Part shown: positions 50,795 through 63,862 of the stretch, piece by piece
Position numbering within the stretch: position 1 is the stretch's first letter
Layout of the letters: every line of letters begins with the position of its first letter
NCBI GenBank assembly: GCA_900541195.1
Contig: UQIY01000004.1
Span: 2,492-66,491, forward strand
DNA from: an uncultured Collinsella sp.
GTDB taxonomy: Bacteria > Actinomycetota > Coriobacteriia > Coriobacteriales > Coriobacteriaceae
Direction: 5' to 3'
Length of the DNA stretch: 64,000 nucleotides
Made by a program: the position numbers and the translations under genes
The notes under the pieces: generated by a model
What the model was told of the DNA's origin: nothing
Seen by the model: the letters and a program-made list of their open reading frames with translations, nothing else
Database searches by the model: none

Positions 50795-51790
50795 ATGGCA
50801 GATTGCGGCATCGTTGCGGTGTTCGGCAGCATGAACATGGACCTTTCGGTGGCGTGCGAGCGCATGCCGCGTGCGGGCGAGACCGTCGGCGGCAGCGGAT
50901 TTATCACCAACGCCGGCGGTAAGGGCGCCAACCAGGCCGTGGCAGCTGCGCACATGGGCGCGCGCACGTGCATGATCGGCGCGGTCGGGCGCGATGCGTT
51001 TGGCACGTCGCTCGTGGCGGGGCTCCAAGATGCTGGCGTGGACTGTGACTTTGTGGCGCGTCGCGATGATGTGGAGACGGGAACGGCGACCATCATTCGC
51101 TGCGAGGGCGACAACCGCATCGTGCTGTCACCGGGCGCCAACCATGCGCTTGCGGGCGAGGACGTTGCCCGCGCGCTGAGACGTCTGGTGGCCGATGAGC
51201 TCGACGGCGACGCCAGCGAGATTGCCCCGGCTGCCGGAAGCGTCTTTATCGCCCAGGGCGAATGTGACCTTGCGGCGACTGCCGAGGCGCTTGTTTGCGC
51301 TCACGAGCTGGGGTTCTATACGGTCTTTAATCCGGCGCCTGCCTGTGAGTTGCCTGCGGAGGTCTGGTCTGCAGTCGACCTGGTCTGCCCCAACGAGACC
51401 GAGTGCCAGGTGCTGACGGGCATCTTGCCCGCGGATGATGCGAGCTGTGTCGCGGCGCTCAATGCCCTGCTCGCCAAGGGTGCCGGAGCTGCGGTCATCA
51501 CGTTGGGCGGCGCCGGGTCGGTTACGCTTGGCGATGACGGCGAGCTGCTGCGCATGCCGGCGCTTTCGAGTGCGGTGGTCGATACGACGGCCGCGGGCGA
51601 TACATTTATCGGTGCGCTTGCCGCGGCTCGTCTGGAGGGCCTGCCGCTCTTTGAGTGCATGGCGGCGGGCGCACGCGCCTCGGCGGTGACGGTGTCGCGC
51701 CTGGGCGCACAGCAGTCGATTCCCACGCGTGCCGAAGTTGAGCGCGTGTTTGATTTAGACGATTTAGTACAAGACGGAGAAGCGGAGTAG
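50795..51790 (+). CDS. rbsK: Ribokinase
   Basis: [21 protein letters not shown] and [13 protein letters not shown] are PfkB/ribokinase signatures. Confidence 0.8.
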   Translation: MADCGIVAVFGSMNMDLSVACERMPRAGETVGGSGFITNAGGKGANQAVAAAHMGARTCMIGAVGRDAFGTSLVAGLQDAGVDCDFVARRDDVETGTATIIRCEGDNRIVLSPGANHALAGEDVARALRRLVADELDGDASEIAPAAGSVFIAQGECDLAATAEALVCAHELGFYTVFNPAPACELPAEVWSAVDLVCPNETECQVLTGILPADDASCVAALNALLAKGAGAAVITLGGAGSVTLGDDGELLRMPALSSAVVDTTAAGDTFIGALAAARLEGLPLFECMAAGARASAVTVSRLGAQQSIPTRAEVERVFDLDDLVQDGEAE

Positions 51791-51794
51791 AACA

Positions 51795-52769
51795 ATGGCA
51801 ATTAAGAAGCTGATCCTTGATCTGGATATGGGCGTGGACGATGCGATGGCGCTTGCCTATGCCATCGCGAGCCCCGAGGTGGAGCTCGTCGGCATTACCA
51901 CGTGCTTTGGCAACGTGCGCGTCGACCAGTCGGCGCATAACTGCTTGGCGGTGCTCGACCTGTTGGGTCGTCCCGAGGTGCCGGTGTACCTGGGTGCCGA
52001 CCGTCCTCTTCAGGCGACTGAGCCCTATACGCCGCCGGCGTCCACCGCGCTCATTCACGGCAAGAACGGCATCGGCGGCGCGAGCGTGCCCGCGTCGCCC
52101 TACGAGCCGGTGGGGGCGACGTCTGCCGACGGCAACGCTGCGGTCGATTATCTGATCGATGCCGCGCGCACCTATGGTCCCGATCTGGTTTACGTAGCGA
52201 CCGGCCCGCTTTCCAACCTGGCGCTTGCCCTGGAGCGCGATGCGGCAGCGGTGATGTCTATCGGCCGCGTGGTGGTTATGGGCGGCGCCCTGACCGTGCC
52301 CGGCAACGTGAGTGCGGGCGCCGAGGCCAACATGGCAAGTGATCCCGAGGCGGCCGACGCCGTGCTGCGTTCGGGCCGCAAACTCACTATGGTGGGTTTG
52401 GATGTGACGCATCGCGTGGTGCTCACGCGTCGCGACATTGCCGGCTGGACGGGCTCGGGCACCATGGCGGGCTGCGCATTTGCGAGCATGGTCGAGCATT
52501 ACATTGGCTCGTACGAGATGAACGCCCCCTACCTTGGTGGCTGCGCGCTGCACGATCCGCTTGCCGTCGCCGTGGCGATTGACCCCACGCTCGTGGGTGC
52601 GCTCGGCTGCAATCTGCGTGTTGATCTGCTGGGCGAGTATCGCGGCCGCACCATTTGCGATGAGCACCGCCTGTCCGATCCGGACAAGAGCGCGCTTGTG
52701 GCACTGACCGTGGATGCCCCGCGCTTCCTGTCCGAGTTCAAGACGCGCATGGCCCGCATCCTAGGCTAG
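51795..52769 (+). CDS. Nucleoside hydrolase (IUNH/Rih family)
   Basis: The N-terminal LILDLDMGVDDAMAL matches the DxDxxxDD fingerprint. 324 aa. Adjacent to ribokinase. Confidence 0.85.
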   Translation: MAIKKLILDLDMGVDDAMALAYAIASPEVELVGITTCFGNVRVDQSAHNCLAVLDLLGRPEVPVYLGADRPLQATEPYTPPASTALIHGKNGIGGASVPASPYEPVGATSADGNAAVDYLIDAARTYGPDLVYVATGPLSNLALALERDAAAVMSIGRVVVMGGALTVPGNVSAGAEANMASDPEAADAVLRSGRKLTMVGLDVTHRVVLTRRDIAGWTGSGTMAGCAFASMVEHYIGSYEMNAPYLGGCALHDPLAVAVAIDPTLVGALGCNLRVDLLGEYRGRTICDEHRLSDPDKSALVALTVDAPRFLSEFKTRMARILG

Positions 52770-52886
52770 GCTCGGGATCGAAGCACGCCCATCTGCTCGA
52801 TGTGGCCGCTGGCGGGCCGACATCTACCGTTCGCCAGCCCGATGGTCCCCGGGGCGGGGAGAGCGCTATAATGCATTCTGCATCTT

Positions 52887-52989
52887 GGATTGTTACTCCT
52901 GTGTGGAGGCATGCCCAAGAGCAATACAACACGGATTGTTACGTAAGGCATGACCGCAATAGCACTGCTATTGGCTATCATGCCTTTTT
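52887..52989 (+). promoter_or_regulatory. Two RAT-like sequences and an overlapping terminator (BglG/LicT antitermination leader)
   Basis: GGATTGTTACTCCTGTGTGGAGGCATGCCC (52887-52916) and GGATTGTTACGTAAGGCATGACC (from 52933) match the RAT consensus GGATTGTTACTGC....GCAGGCA. The terminator AGGCATGA...TCATGCCT + TTTTT (52946-52989) overlaps the second RAT. Confidence 0.7.
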
Positions 52990-53018
52990 CTGTGAGTGTT
53001 CTTGAAAGGAGGTTCACC

Positions 53019-53858
53019 ATGCTTGCAATTAAAAAGCTTAACAACAACGCGGTTCTTTGCCGTGACGGACAGGGGCGAGATGTCATCGCCATGGGCAGGG
53101 GCGTCGGTTTCGGCGGAGATTTTCCTCGAGAGCTCCCTCTTTCTAAAATCGAGCATACGTTTTACGACATTGATCCTAAAGGACAAGATGTCATGAGGGA
53201 TCTTCCCTCGGATATCGTGATGTTTGCGGCGAAAGTTATGGACATCGTTGCCAACGAACTGCCCTACGACCTCTCGACCAATGCGACGCTGTTCATGGCT
53301 GATCACCTGTCGTTTGACGTTGCGCGAGCCCAAAAGGGGGTCCGCATCGCGATGCCTCTTGCCTATGAAGTGCGGGAGACGTATCCGAAGGAATACAAGG
53401 CTGCCCAGTTTATCGTCATGCGACTCGAGAAGGAGCTCGGAGAGCGGCTTCCCAAGGATGAGATTGCCAGTATTGCGATGAATCTCGTGAACGCACGGGT
53501 TGTTGAAGCCGTCAAAGCCACGGCCGAGCCCGCAAAGCAGTTCGACGATATGCTCGAGGACGTTATCGAGATTCTCGAAAGCGATTTCCGCATTATTGTC
53601 GACCGCGATTCCTTTGATTTCACCCGCTTCGCCACGCATCTGCGGTACCTGTTCAAGCGCATTCAAGCCGGCGAGTCGCTGAACAGCGCCAACATGCAGA
53701 TGTACAAGAACTTTCGTGAGGAGTTTCCGCAGTTGGCAGAGTGCGTGAAGCATATCGGTTCCTATTGTCGTGAAACGTGGGACGCCACGCTCTCCGAGGA
53801 GGAGGAACTCTATCTGATGATCCATCTCAACCGGATCATCTCCAAAAAAGGATTGTAA
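53019..53858 (+). CDS. licT: BglG/LicT-family PRD-containing transcription antiterminator
   Basis: The start is ATG 53019 with AAGGAGG upstream. MLAIKKLNNNAVLCRDGQGRDVIAMGRGVGFG is the CAT RNA-binding domain. Two PRD modules follow. Confidence 0.85.
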   Translation: MLAIKKLNNNAVLCRDGQGRDVIAMGRGVGFGGDFPRELPLSKIEHTFYDIDPKGQDVMRDLPSDIVMFAAKVMDIVANELPYDLSTNATLFMADHLSFDVARAQKGVRIAMPLAYEVRETYPKEYKAAQFIVMRLEKELGERLPKDEIASIAMNLVNARVVEAVKATAEPAKQFDDMLEDVIEILESDFRIIVDRDSFDFTRFATHLRYLFKRIQAGESLNSANMQMYKNFREEFPQLAECVKHIGSYCRETWDATLSEEEELYLMIHLNRIISKKGL

Positions 53859-53925
53859 CCCGTAGCCATTCGGGGCATGACCTTTGCCGATTCGAACGGT
53901 AAGCCAAGATTGTGCAAAGGAGCCA

Positions 53926-56942
<3,017 letters not shown>

Positions 56943-57124
56943 TAACGTTAAGATGGACAAATGCGCCCGTTGGGGGAATAGTCGTGCCACTTCGCTTGAC
57001 AACAGGCTAAACTAGCTAATAAACATTTACTATTCTGTTTAGATTGAATTTGCGGTCGTTTAGTTGCCGAGCCACGGGGCGGTCAAGCCACGATGCTCGG
57101 CCGCGACCGATGCTAGGGGGAACG

Positions 57125-58135
57125 ATGGCTAAAGCAAGCGTCCGCGAGATCAGCCGCATTACCGGCTTTTCGCCCGCAACCGTGTCCAACGCGCTCAACC
57201 GCAAGCGCAGCGTGAGCGAGGAGACCGCCAAGGTCATCCTGGAGTGCGCGCAGTCGCTTGGCTATCAGCAGTCGACGCAGCTCGAGAGCATCCAGTTTGT
57301 GCTTGCGCGCAAGACGGGCGCCATCCTGGACGAGAGCACCTTCCATCCCGCGGTCATCGAGGGCGTGGAGCGCCAGGCGCGTCGCCACGGCATGAGCACG
57401 AGCTTTGTCTCGCTCGACTTTAGCGACCTGGACGCCGTGCGCCCGCAGGTCGAGGGCCTGATCGCCGACCCGTCGGCCGCCATCGTGCTGATGGGCACCG
57501 AGCTGGGCGAGGAGGACTACGCCCTGTTCGCCGACGCTGCCGCCCACCTGATTGTGCTCGACGGCTGGAGCGATCGCCAGTACTTCGATGCCGTAGTCAT
57601 CGCCAACACCGATTCGGTGCTGCGTGCCGTGGATTACCTTATCGAGAAAGGCCACAGGCAAATCGGCTATCTGGCGGGCGACCTTCGGATCCGCAACTTT
57701 AAGGACCGCGAGCGCGGCTATCGCCAAGCGCTTGAGGACGCGGGCCTCGAGGCCAATCCGGCATGGCGTGTCACGTTGGGCACCACGCTCGAGGGTGCCT
57801 ATCGCGACATGGGCGTGTGGCTCGACAACGTCTCGCGCGACGATCTGCCGACGGCTTTCTTTGCCGAGAACGACGTGCTCGCCGTGGGCGCCATGCGCGC
57901 GTTCAACGAGCACGGTATTCGCGTGCCCGAGGATGTCTCGATCATCGGCTTTGACGACCTGTCTTTGGGCGCCTTCTCCAACCCGCCGCTCACCACGGTG
58001 CATGTTCCCAAGCACGAGGTGGGCGAGATCGCGGTGCGTCGCCTGGTGGGCAACATCCGCAACCCCAAGAGCTATACCTGCAAGACGGCCGTGTCGACCT
58101 ACTTTGTCGAGCGCCAGAGCGTGTGCGAGATCTAG
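57125..58135 (+). CDS. LacI-family transcriptional regulator
   Basis: The start is ATG 57125 (MAKASVREISRITGFSPATVSNALNRK), followed by a periplasmic-binding-protein-like sugar-binding core. Confidence 0.9.
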   Translation: MAKASVREISRITGFSPATVSNALNRKRSVSEETAKVILECAQSLGYQQSTQLESIQFVLARKTGAILDESTFHPAVIEGVERQARRHGMSTSFVSLDFSDLDAVRPQVEGLIADPSAAIVLMGTELGEEDYALFADAAAHLIVLDGWSDRQYFDAVVIANTDSVLRAVDYLIEKGHRQIGYLAGDLRIRNFKDRERGYRQALEDAGLEANPAWRVTLGTTLEGAYRDMGVWLDNVSRDDLPTAFFAENDVLAVGAMRAFNEHGIRVPEDVSIIGFDDLSLGAFSNPPLTTVHVPKHEVGEIAVRRLVGNIRNPKSYTCKTAVSTYFVERQSVCEI

Positions 58136-58201
58136 GCGAAGAAAACGCCGGGGCGCAGGGCGGCAAAGCTCGCTAAGGCAGCCATATCTAACGCTACTAA
58201 G

Positions 58202-58227
58202 AGAGGGTCCTTCGGGGCCCTCTTTTT
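58202..58227 (+). terminator. Rho-independent terminator after the LacI-family gene
   Basis: AGAGGGTCC / GGGCCCTCT stem (one G-U pair), TTCG tetraloop, TTTTT run. Confidence 0.7.
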
Positions 58228-58393
58228 GTTTCCCTTGTATGTTCAGTTTGTTTACATACCGTTTAGGCTGATTTCTCTACCGTTTACGGGACTTTCGCGC
58301 TAGACTATTAAACAAAAGAGTAAAACATTTAGTAAACAGAACAAAACGAAACATGCGTCTGTTTACTGAACATGTGATTAGGGGAGGACGTAC

Positions 58394-59794
58394 ATGGACA
58401 AGATCAAGCTCGGCTTTGTGCCCACGCGCCGCAGCATCTTTAGCGCGCCGGACGCAATCAAGTATCGCGGCCTGACGGCTGATCGCCTGCGCGAGATCGG
58501 CGTCGACATCGTGGATATCGACGACATCAATGAAGAGAGCCTGCTGTTCGACGACAGCCATATCGAGCCCATCGTCAAGAAATTCCGCGCCGAGGGCGTC
58601 GATGGCATTATGCTGTGCCACGCCAACTTTGGCACCGAGTACGTTTGCGCTCGCCTTGCCCGCGAGCTCGGTCTACCCGTACTGCTGTGGGGTCCGCGCG
58701 ACGAGCGCCCCGAGCCCGACGGCACACGCCTGCGCGATAGCCAGTGCGGCCTGTTCGCCACCGGCAAGGTCCTGCGCCGCTTCCAGGTTCCCTTCACCTA
58801 CATGACCAACTGCCGCCTGACCGACCCCGAGTTCGAGCGCGGCGTTTGGGACTTTTTGGCCGTTTGCAACGTGGTCAAGACCTTCAAGCACACCCGCATC
58901 CTGCAGATGGCCACCCGTCCGTTCGACTTCTGGTCGATCATGTGCAACGAGGGCGAGCTGCTCGAGAAGTTCAACATCCAGCTTTCGCCTATCCCCATGA
59001 CCGAACTTGTCCAGGCTGTGCGCGACGCCCAGGCCGACGAGCAGGCCATGGCCGCCATGCTTGCCCACATCAACGACAGCTTTGAGATCTGCATCCCCGA
59101 GGACAAGGTCCCCGCGGTCGCCGGTCTTGCCATCGCCATGAAGCGCTTGGTCGAGAAGTATGGCTGCAACGCCGGTGCCATTCAGTGCTGGAACGCTCTG
59201 CAGGACGAGCTGGGCATTATGCCCTGCGCCGCCAACGCCATCCTCAACGAGATGGGCATTCCTATCGTATGCGAGACCGATATCCACGGCGCCATCACCG
59301 CGCTGATGGTCGAGGCCGCCGACCTGGGCCGTCACCGCGGCATGTTCGCCGACTGGACCGTGCGCCATCCCGATAACGAGAACGGCGAGCTGCTGCAGCA
59401 TTGCGGCCCCTGGCCCTGCAGCTGCGCGGCCGTCAAGCCCAAGCTCACCTACCCGCTGGCTTTCGATCACCCCGGCGCGCTGACGGCCGAGGCCAAGCAC
59501 GGCGACCTCACCCTTGCCCGCTTTGACGGTGACAACGGCGAGTACTCGCTGCTACTGGGCAACGCCCGCGGCATCGACGGCCCGGCCGGCATGGGCACCT
59601 ACCTGTGGGTCGAGGTCGACAACCTCAAGCGCCTCGAGGCCAAGATCGTCGAGGGTCCCTACATCCACCACTGCGTCGCCATTCACGCCAACGTGGTGCC
59701 GGTGCTCTATGAGGCGTGCAAGTACATCGGCATTGCCCCCGACTTATACGACCCGATTGAAGAAGACGTCAAAGCCTACCTGCGAGGAGAGTAG
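58394..59794 (+). CDS. L-fucose/L-arabinose isomerase-family sugar isomerase
   Basis: 466 aa. The N-terminal KLGFVPTRRSIFS... and ..LRDSQCGLFATGKVLRR.. resemble FucI-family (COG2407) proteins. GGGGAGG RBS. Confidence 0.55.
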   Translation: MDKIKLGFVPTRRSIFSAPDAIKYRGLTADRLREIGVDIVDIDDINEESLLFDDSHIEPIVKKFRAEGVDGIMLCHANFGTEYVCARLARELGLPVLLWGPRDERPEPDGTRLRDSQCGLFATGKVLRRFQVPFTYMTNCRLTDPEFERGVWDFLAVCNVVKTFKHTRILQMATRPFDFWSIMCNEGELLEKFNIQLSPIPMTELVQAVRDAQADEQAMAAMLAHINDSFEICIPEDKVPAVAGLAIAMKRLVEKYGCNAGAIQCWNALQDELGIMPCAANAILNEMGIPIVCETDIHGAITALMVEAADLGRHRGMFADWTVRHPDNENGELLQHCGPWPCSCAAVKPKLTYPLAFDHPGALTAEAKHGDLTLARFDGDNGEYSLLLGNARGIDGPAGMGTYLWVEVDNLKRLEAKIVEGPYIHHCVAIHANVVPVLYEACKYIGIAPDLYDPIEEDVKAYLRGE

Positions 59795-59796
59795 AA

Positions 59797-60633
59797 ATGG
59801 CAACTATCGAAGAGCTTGAGTCCCTGCGTTGGGACCTTCGCCGCGATTGCGTCGATATCATCATGGCTGGCGCCGGCGGCCACATCGGCGGCGACATGTC
59901 GGTGATTGACGCCCTCATGACCCTCTATGCCAACCACCTCAACATTTCGCCCGAGACCGTCGACGATCCCAACCGCGACCGCTTCGTGCTCTCTAAGGGC
60001 CACGCCATGGAGGCTTACTACGCGGTGCTCTGCCACGAGGGCTATCTTGACCCCGACGACGTCAAGGCCCGCTTCTCCAAGTTCGGCAGCCCCTACATCG
60101 GCCACCCCAACAACAAGCTCAAGGGCATCGAGATGAACTCGGGCTCGCTGGGTCACGGCCTGCCCGTGGCCGTGGGCATGGCGCTCGCCGGCAAGATGGA
60201 CGGCCGCGACTATCGCGTCTACACCATCATGGGCGACGGCGAGCTTGCCGAGGGCTCGGTCTGGGAGGGCGCCATGAGCGGCGGCAACTACCAGCTCGAT
60301 AACCTGTGCGCGCTCGTGGACCGCAACCGCCTGCAGATCAGCGGCAGCACCGAGGACGTTATGAAGCAGGACTCGCAGGAGGAGCGCTGGGCAGCCTTCG
60401 GATGGAACGTGCTCTCCATTCCGGGCAACGACGTCCGGGCCATCGACGCCGCGCTGACGCTTGCGGCCGAGACCTGCGGCAAGCCCACGGTCATCATCCT
60501 CAACACGGTGAAGGGCTATGGCTCGCCTGTTATGGAGGACAAGGCCGCCTGGCATCATCACCTGCCCAATGATGAGGAATATGCCCAGATCATCGCCGAT
60601 TTCGCTGCCCATAAGGAGGCCATCAATGGCTAA
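59797..60633 (+). CDS. Transketolase, N-terminal (TPP-binding) subunit of a split enzyme
   Basis: GGHIGGDMSVIDAL, SKGHA, GSLGHGLPVAVGMA and GDGELAEGSVWEG motifs. Confidence 0.85.
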   Translation: MATIEELESLRWDLRRDCVDIIMAGAGGHIGGDMSVIDALMTLYANHLNISPETVDDPNRDRFVLSKGHAMEAYYAVLCHEGYLDPDDVKARFSKFGSPYIGHPNNKLKGIEMNSGSLGHGLPVAVGMALAGKMDGRDYRVYTIMGDGELAEGSVWEGAMSGGNYQLDNLCALVDRNRLQISGSTEDVMKQDSQEERWAAFGWNVLSIPGNDVRAIDAALTLAAETCGKPTVIILNTVKGYGSPVMEDKAAWHHHLPNDEEYAQIIADFAAHKEAING

Positions 60634-61567
60634 CAAGATCGCCAATCGCAAGGTTATCTGCGACACGCTGCTCGAGGCCGCGAAGACCGATAAGGATATC
60701 GTCGTCCTGTGCTCCGACTCCCGCGGCTCCGCATCGCTCACGCCGTTCTTTGATCAGTATCCCCAGCAGTCCGTCGAGGTCGGCATTGCCGAGCAGGACC
60801 TGGTGAGCATCGCTGCCGGCATGGCTTCGTGCGGCAAGAAGGCCTGGGCCGCCTCGCCGGCGTCCTTTGTGACCACGCGCTCGTATGAGCAGTGCAAGGT
60901 CGACGTTTCGTACTCCAACACCAACGTCAAGCTCATCGGCATCTCGGGCGGCGTGTCCTACGGCGCTTTGGGCATGAGCCATCACTCCGCGCAGGATATC
61001 GCCGCCATGAGCGCGATTCCCAACATGCGCGTGTATCTGCCGAGCGACCGCTTCCAGACCGCCGAGCTCGTGCGGGCCCTGGTCGCCGATAACAAACCGG
61101 CCTACATCCGCGTGGGCCGCAACCCGGTCGAGGACGTGTACACCGAGGACGAGTGCCCGTTCCAGATGGATCGCGCCACCTGGGTACGCCGCGGCACCGA
61201 TGTGACGCTCGTCGCTACCGGCGAGATGGTCCGCCATGCCGTGGACGCTGCCGACCTGCTGGCCGAGCAGGGCATCTCGGCAACGGTACTCGACATGTAC
61301 TGCGTCAAGCCGCTCGACGCCGAGGCCGTGATTGAGGCCGCCGGTGCCACGCGCGCCGTCGTGACCGTCGAGGAGCACAGCCCCTTCGGCGGTCTAGGCT
61401 CTATGGTCGCGCAGGTGGTGGGCGAGCATTGCCCGCGTCCGGTCAAGTGTCTCTCCCTGCCCGACGCGCCGGTCATCACTGGCACGAGCCCCGAGGTCTT
61501 TGCACACTACGGTCTGACGGGTGTCGGAATCGCCAAGACCGTTGCCGAGTTCCTGCCCGCAGAGTAA
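60626..61567 (+). CDS. Transketolase, C-terminal (pyrimidine-binding) subunit of a split enzyme
   Basis: The start is ATG 60626 with AAGGAGG upstream, overlapping the previous stop. VEVGIAEQDLVSIAAGMA and ..GVSYGALGMSHHS.. motifs. Confidence 0.85.
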   Translation: MANKIANRKVICDTLLEAAKTDKDIVVLCSDSRGSASLTPFFDQYPQQSVEVGIAEQDLVSIAAGMASCGKKAWAASPASFVTTRSYEQCKVDVSYSNTNVKLIGISGGVSYGALGMSHHSAQDIAAMSAIPNMRVYLPSDRFQTAELVRALVADNKPAYIRVGRNPVEDVYTEDECPFQMDRATWVRRGTDVTLVATGEMVRHAVDAADLLAEQGISATVLDMYCVKPLDAEAVIEAAGATRAVVTVEEHSPFGGLGSMVAQVVGEHCPRPVKCLSLPDAPVITGTSPEVFAHYGLTGVGIAKTVAEFLPAE

Positions 61568-61570
61568 CTG

Positions 61571-61610
61571 GAATGTGACAAAGGGACCGTCCCTTTGTCA
61601 CATTCGTTTT
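61571..61610 (+). terminator. Strong hairpin + GTTTT between the transketolase and kinase genes (attenuator, processing site or terminator)
   Basis: Perfect 16-bp stem GAATGTGACAAAGGGA / TCCCTTTGTCACATTC with a 3-nt loop, 14 nt before the kinase start. Confidence 0.55.
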
Positions 61611-61623
61611 GAAAGGGGTGGCC

Positions 61624-63114
61624 ATGGGCCGCTACATCATCGGAATCGATCAATCCACGCAGGGCACCAAGGCGCTGCTGGTGGACGAGGGCGGCCATTT
61701 GATTCATCGTGCCGACCGTTCGCATCGCCAGATTGTCAACGAGGCCGGCTGGGTGAGCCATGATCCGGCCGAGATTGCCACCAATGTGCTGGCCGTGACG
61801 CGTGCCGTGGTGGAGGAGACCGGGGTCGATCCGGCCGACGTCGCCGGCATCGGCATCTCCAACCAGCGCGAGACCACCGTTGCCTGGAACCGCACGACGG
61901 GCGAGCCGCTGTGCGACGCCGTGGTGTGGCAGTGCGCCCGCGCCCGCGAGCTGTGCGACGAGCTGACCGCGCGCGAGGGTGTGGCCGAGCTGGTGCGCGA
62001 CACGACGGGTCTGGTGCTCTCGCCCTACTATCCGGCGGGCAAGATGGCCTGGATCCTTGCGAACGTTCCCGCTGCTGCCGAGGCCGCGGCGGCAGGCGAG
62101 CTGTGCCTGGGCACCATCGATGCCTGGGTGGTCTGGACGCTCACGGGCGGCGCGGAGTTTCGCTGCGACTGGTCCAATGCCAGCCGCACGCAGCTCTTTG
62201 ACCTGCGCCGTGGCTGCTGGAGCGAGCCGGTGTGCGAGGCCTTTGGCGTCGACGTGGCCTGCCTGCCGCAGGTGACCGATTCCGATGGCCTGTTCGGCAT
62301 GACGGATCTGGGCGGCTTTTTGCCGGCGCCCGTGCCCATTCACGGCGTGCTGGGCGACAGCCACGCGGCCTTGTTCGCGCAGGGCTGCCACAGCCGCGGT
62401 ATGGCTAAGGCGACCTATGGCACCGGCAGCTCGGTCATGATGAACGTCGGCGACGAGTTCGTTGCCAGCTCGCACGGGCTTTCGAGCTCGCTCGCATGGC
62501 GCATGGACGGCGTGACCGAGTACGTGCTCGAGGGCAACGTGAGCTACGCCGGCGCCGTCAAGACGTGGCTGCGCGACGATCTGGAGCTCATCAATAACCC
62601 CGAGGAGGTTACCGACCTGTGCTACGCCGCCAATCCGGCGAGCCGCGTCTACTTTGTGCCGGCGTTTACCGGTTTGGGCGCGCCGCACTGGGCGAGTGAC
62701 GCCGAGGGCTGTGTCTTTGGCATGACACGCACCACGGGTCGCGCGGAGTTCGTGAAGGCCGCCGACGAGTCGATCGCCTATCAGATTTTTGACGTGATCG
62801 ATGCGATGGTCGAGGATTCGGGCGCGGCGCTGGCCGAGCTTCGTGTTGACGGCGGTCCCACGCGCGACGCGTACCTGATGCAGTTTGAGAGCGACTTGGT
62901 TGGCTCGCCCATCCGCATCGCGAGCAACGATGAGATGAGCGGCCTGGGTGCGGCCTGGGCCTGCGGTATCGCGCTGGGCATGTACGCGCGCGATGTCGTC
63001 GACGTCTACGGCGCCCGCGGCATCGTGGAGCCCGTGATGCCCGCTGACGAGCGAGCCAAAAAGATCGCCGGCTGGCGCCACGCGGTAGCCGCGACTATCT
63101 CGTACACGGCCTAG
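61624..63114 (+). CDS. FGGY-family carbohydrate kinase (glycerol kinase/xylulokinase-like)
   Basis: The start is ATG 61624 (MGRYIIGIDQSTQGTKALL). Motifs: ..GISNQRETTVAW.., ..GDSHAALF.., ..GGPTRD... Confidence 0.8.
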   Translation: MGRYIIGIDQSTQGTKALLVDEGGHLIHRADRSHRQIVNEAGWVSHDPAEIATNVLAVTRAVVEETGVDPADVAGIGISNQRETTVAWNRTTGEPLCDAVVWQCARARELCDELTAREGVAELVRDTTGLVLSPYYPAGKMAWILANVPAAAEAAAAGELCLGTIDAWVVWTLTGGAEFRCDWSNASRTQLFDLRRGCWSEPVCEAFGVDVACLPQVTDSDGLFGMTDLGGFLPAPVPIHGVLGDSHAALFAQGCHSRGMAKATYGTGSSVMMNVGDEFVASSHGLSSSLAWRMDGVTEYVLEGNVSYAGAVKTWLRDDLELINNPEEVTDLCYAANPASRVYFVPAFTGLGAPHWASDAEGCVFGMTRTTGRAEFVKAADESIAYQIFDVIDAMVEDSGAALAELRVDGGPTRDAYLMQFESDLVGSPIRIASNDEMSGLGAAWACGIALGMYARDVVDVYGARGIVEPVMPADERAKKIAGWRHAVAATISYTA

Positions 63115-63236
63115 GCGGCTGCGCGGCGTCCAGACAGCTCATTTGGGATGGGGCTTTTTTGACTGGTATGATTGGTGCGACCATTCGAACCAGCTAAAAG
63201 AGCCCTGTCCCAATTTGACTACCGAGAGGATCTGCC

Positions 63237-63725
63237 ATGGAGCGTATCGCGAGCTTTTCCGTTGACCATCTGCTGCTCGAGCCCGGCGTGTATGTGAGCC
63301 GCATCGACCGCGATCCGGCGACCGGTGCCGCCGTCACTACTTTTGATCTGCGCCTGACCACACCCAACAAGGAGCCGGTCATGAACACGGCCGAGTGCCA
63401 CACCATCGAGCACCTGGGTGCGACGTTTCTTCGCAACCATGCCGAATGGTCGAGCCGCATTGTCTACTTTGGTCCCATGGGCTGTCGCACGGGCTTTTAC
63501 CTGGTTGTCTTTGGTGAGCTGACGAGCGAGGAGATCTTGCCGCTCGTGCGCGAGCTGTTCGAGTTTGTCGCTGGCTTTGAGGGCGATGTCCCCGGTGCCG
63601 CTCCCGAGGAGTGCGGCAACTACCTGGACCAGAACCTTCCCATGGCAAACTGGCTCGCGCGCCGCTATCTCGACCGCGACCTGGACGGGATCGACGAGGC
63701 GCACCTGCACTATCAGCAGGCATAA
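63237..63725 (+). CDS. luxS: S-ribosylhomocysteine lyase
   Basis: 162 aa. The SFSVDH start, HTIEHL metal-binding motif and GPMGCRTGFY are LuxS signatures. Confidence 0.9.
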   Translation: MERIASFSVDHLLLEPGVYVSRIDRDPATGAAVTTFDLRLTTPNKEPVMNTAECHTIEHLGATFLRNHAEWSSRIVYFGPMGCRTGFYLVVFGELTSEEILPLVRELFEFVAGFEGDVPGAAPEECGNYLDQNLPMANWLARRYLDRDLDGIDEAHLHYQQA

Positions 63726-63862
63726 GGCTGCTCGCAGGAATATCGTTTGTACCAGAAGCGTCTCCGCTCTTTTGCGGGGGCGCTTTTTCATGCCGAGTGC
63801 TCAAAACAGGAAGATATTGTTCTAGAATGTTCGTACTGTCACATAAACGAACAGGAGCGAAC

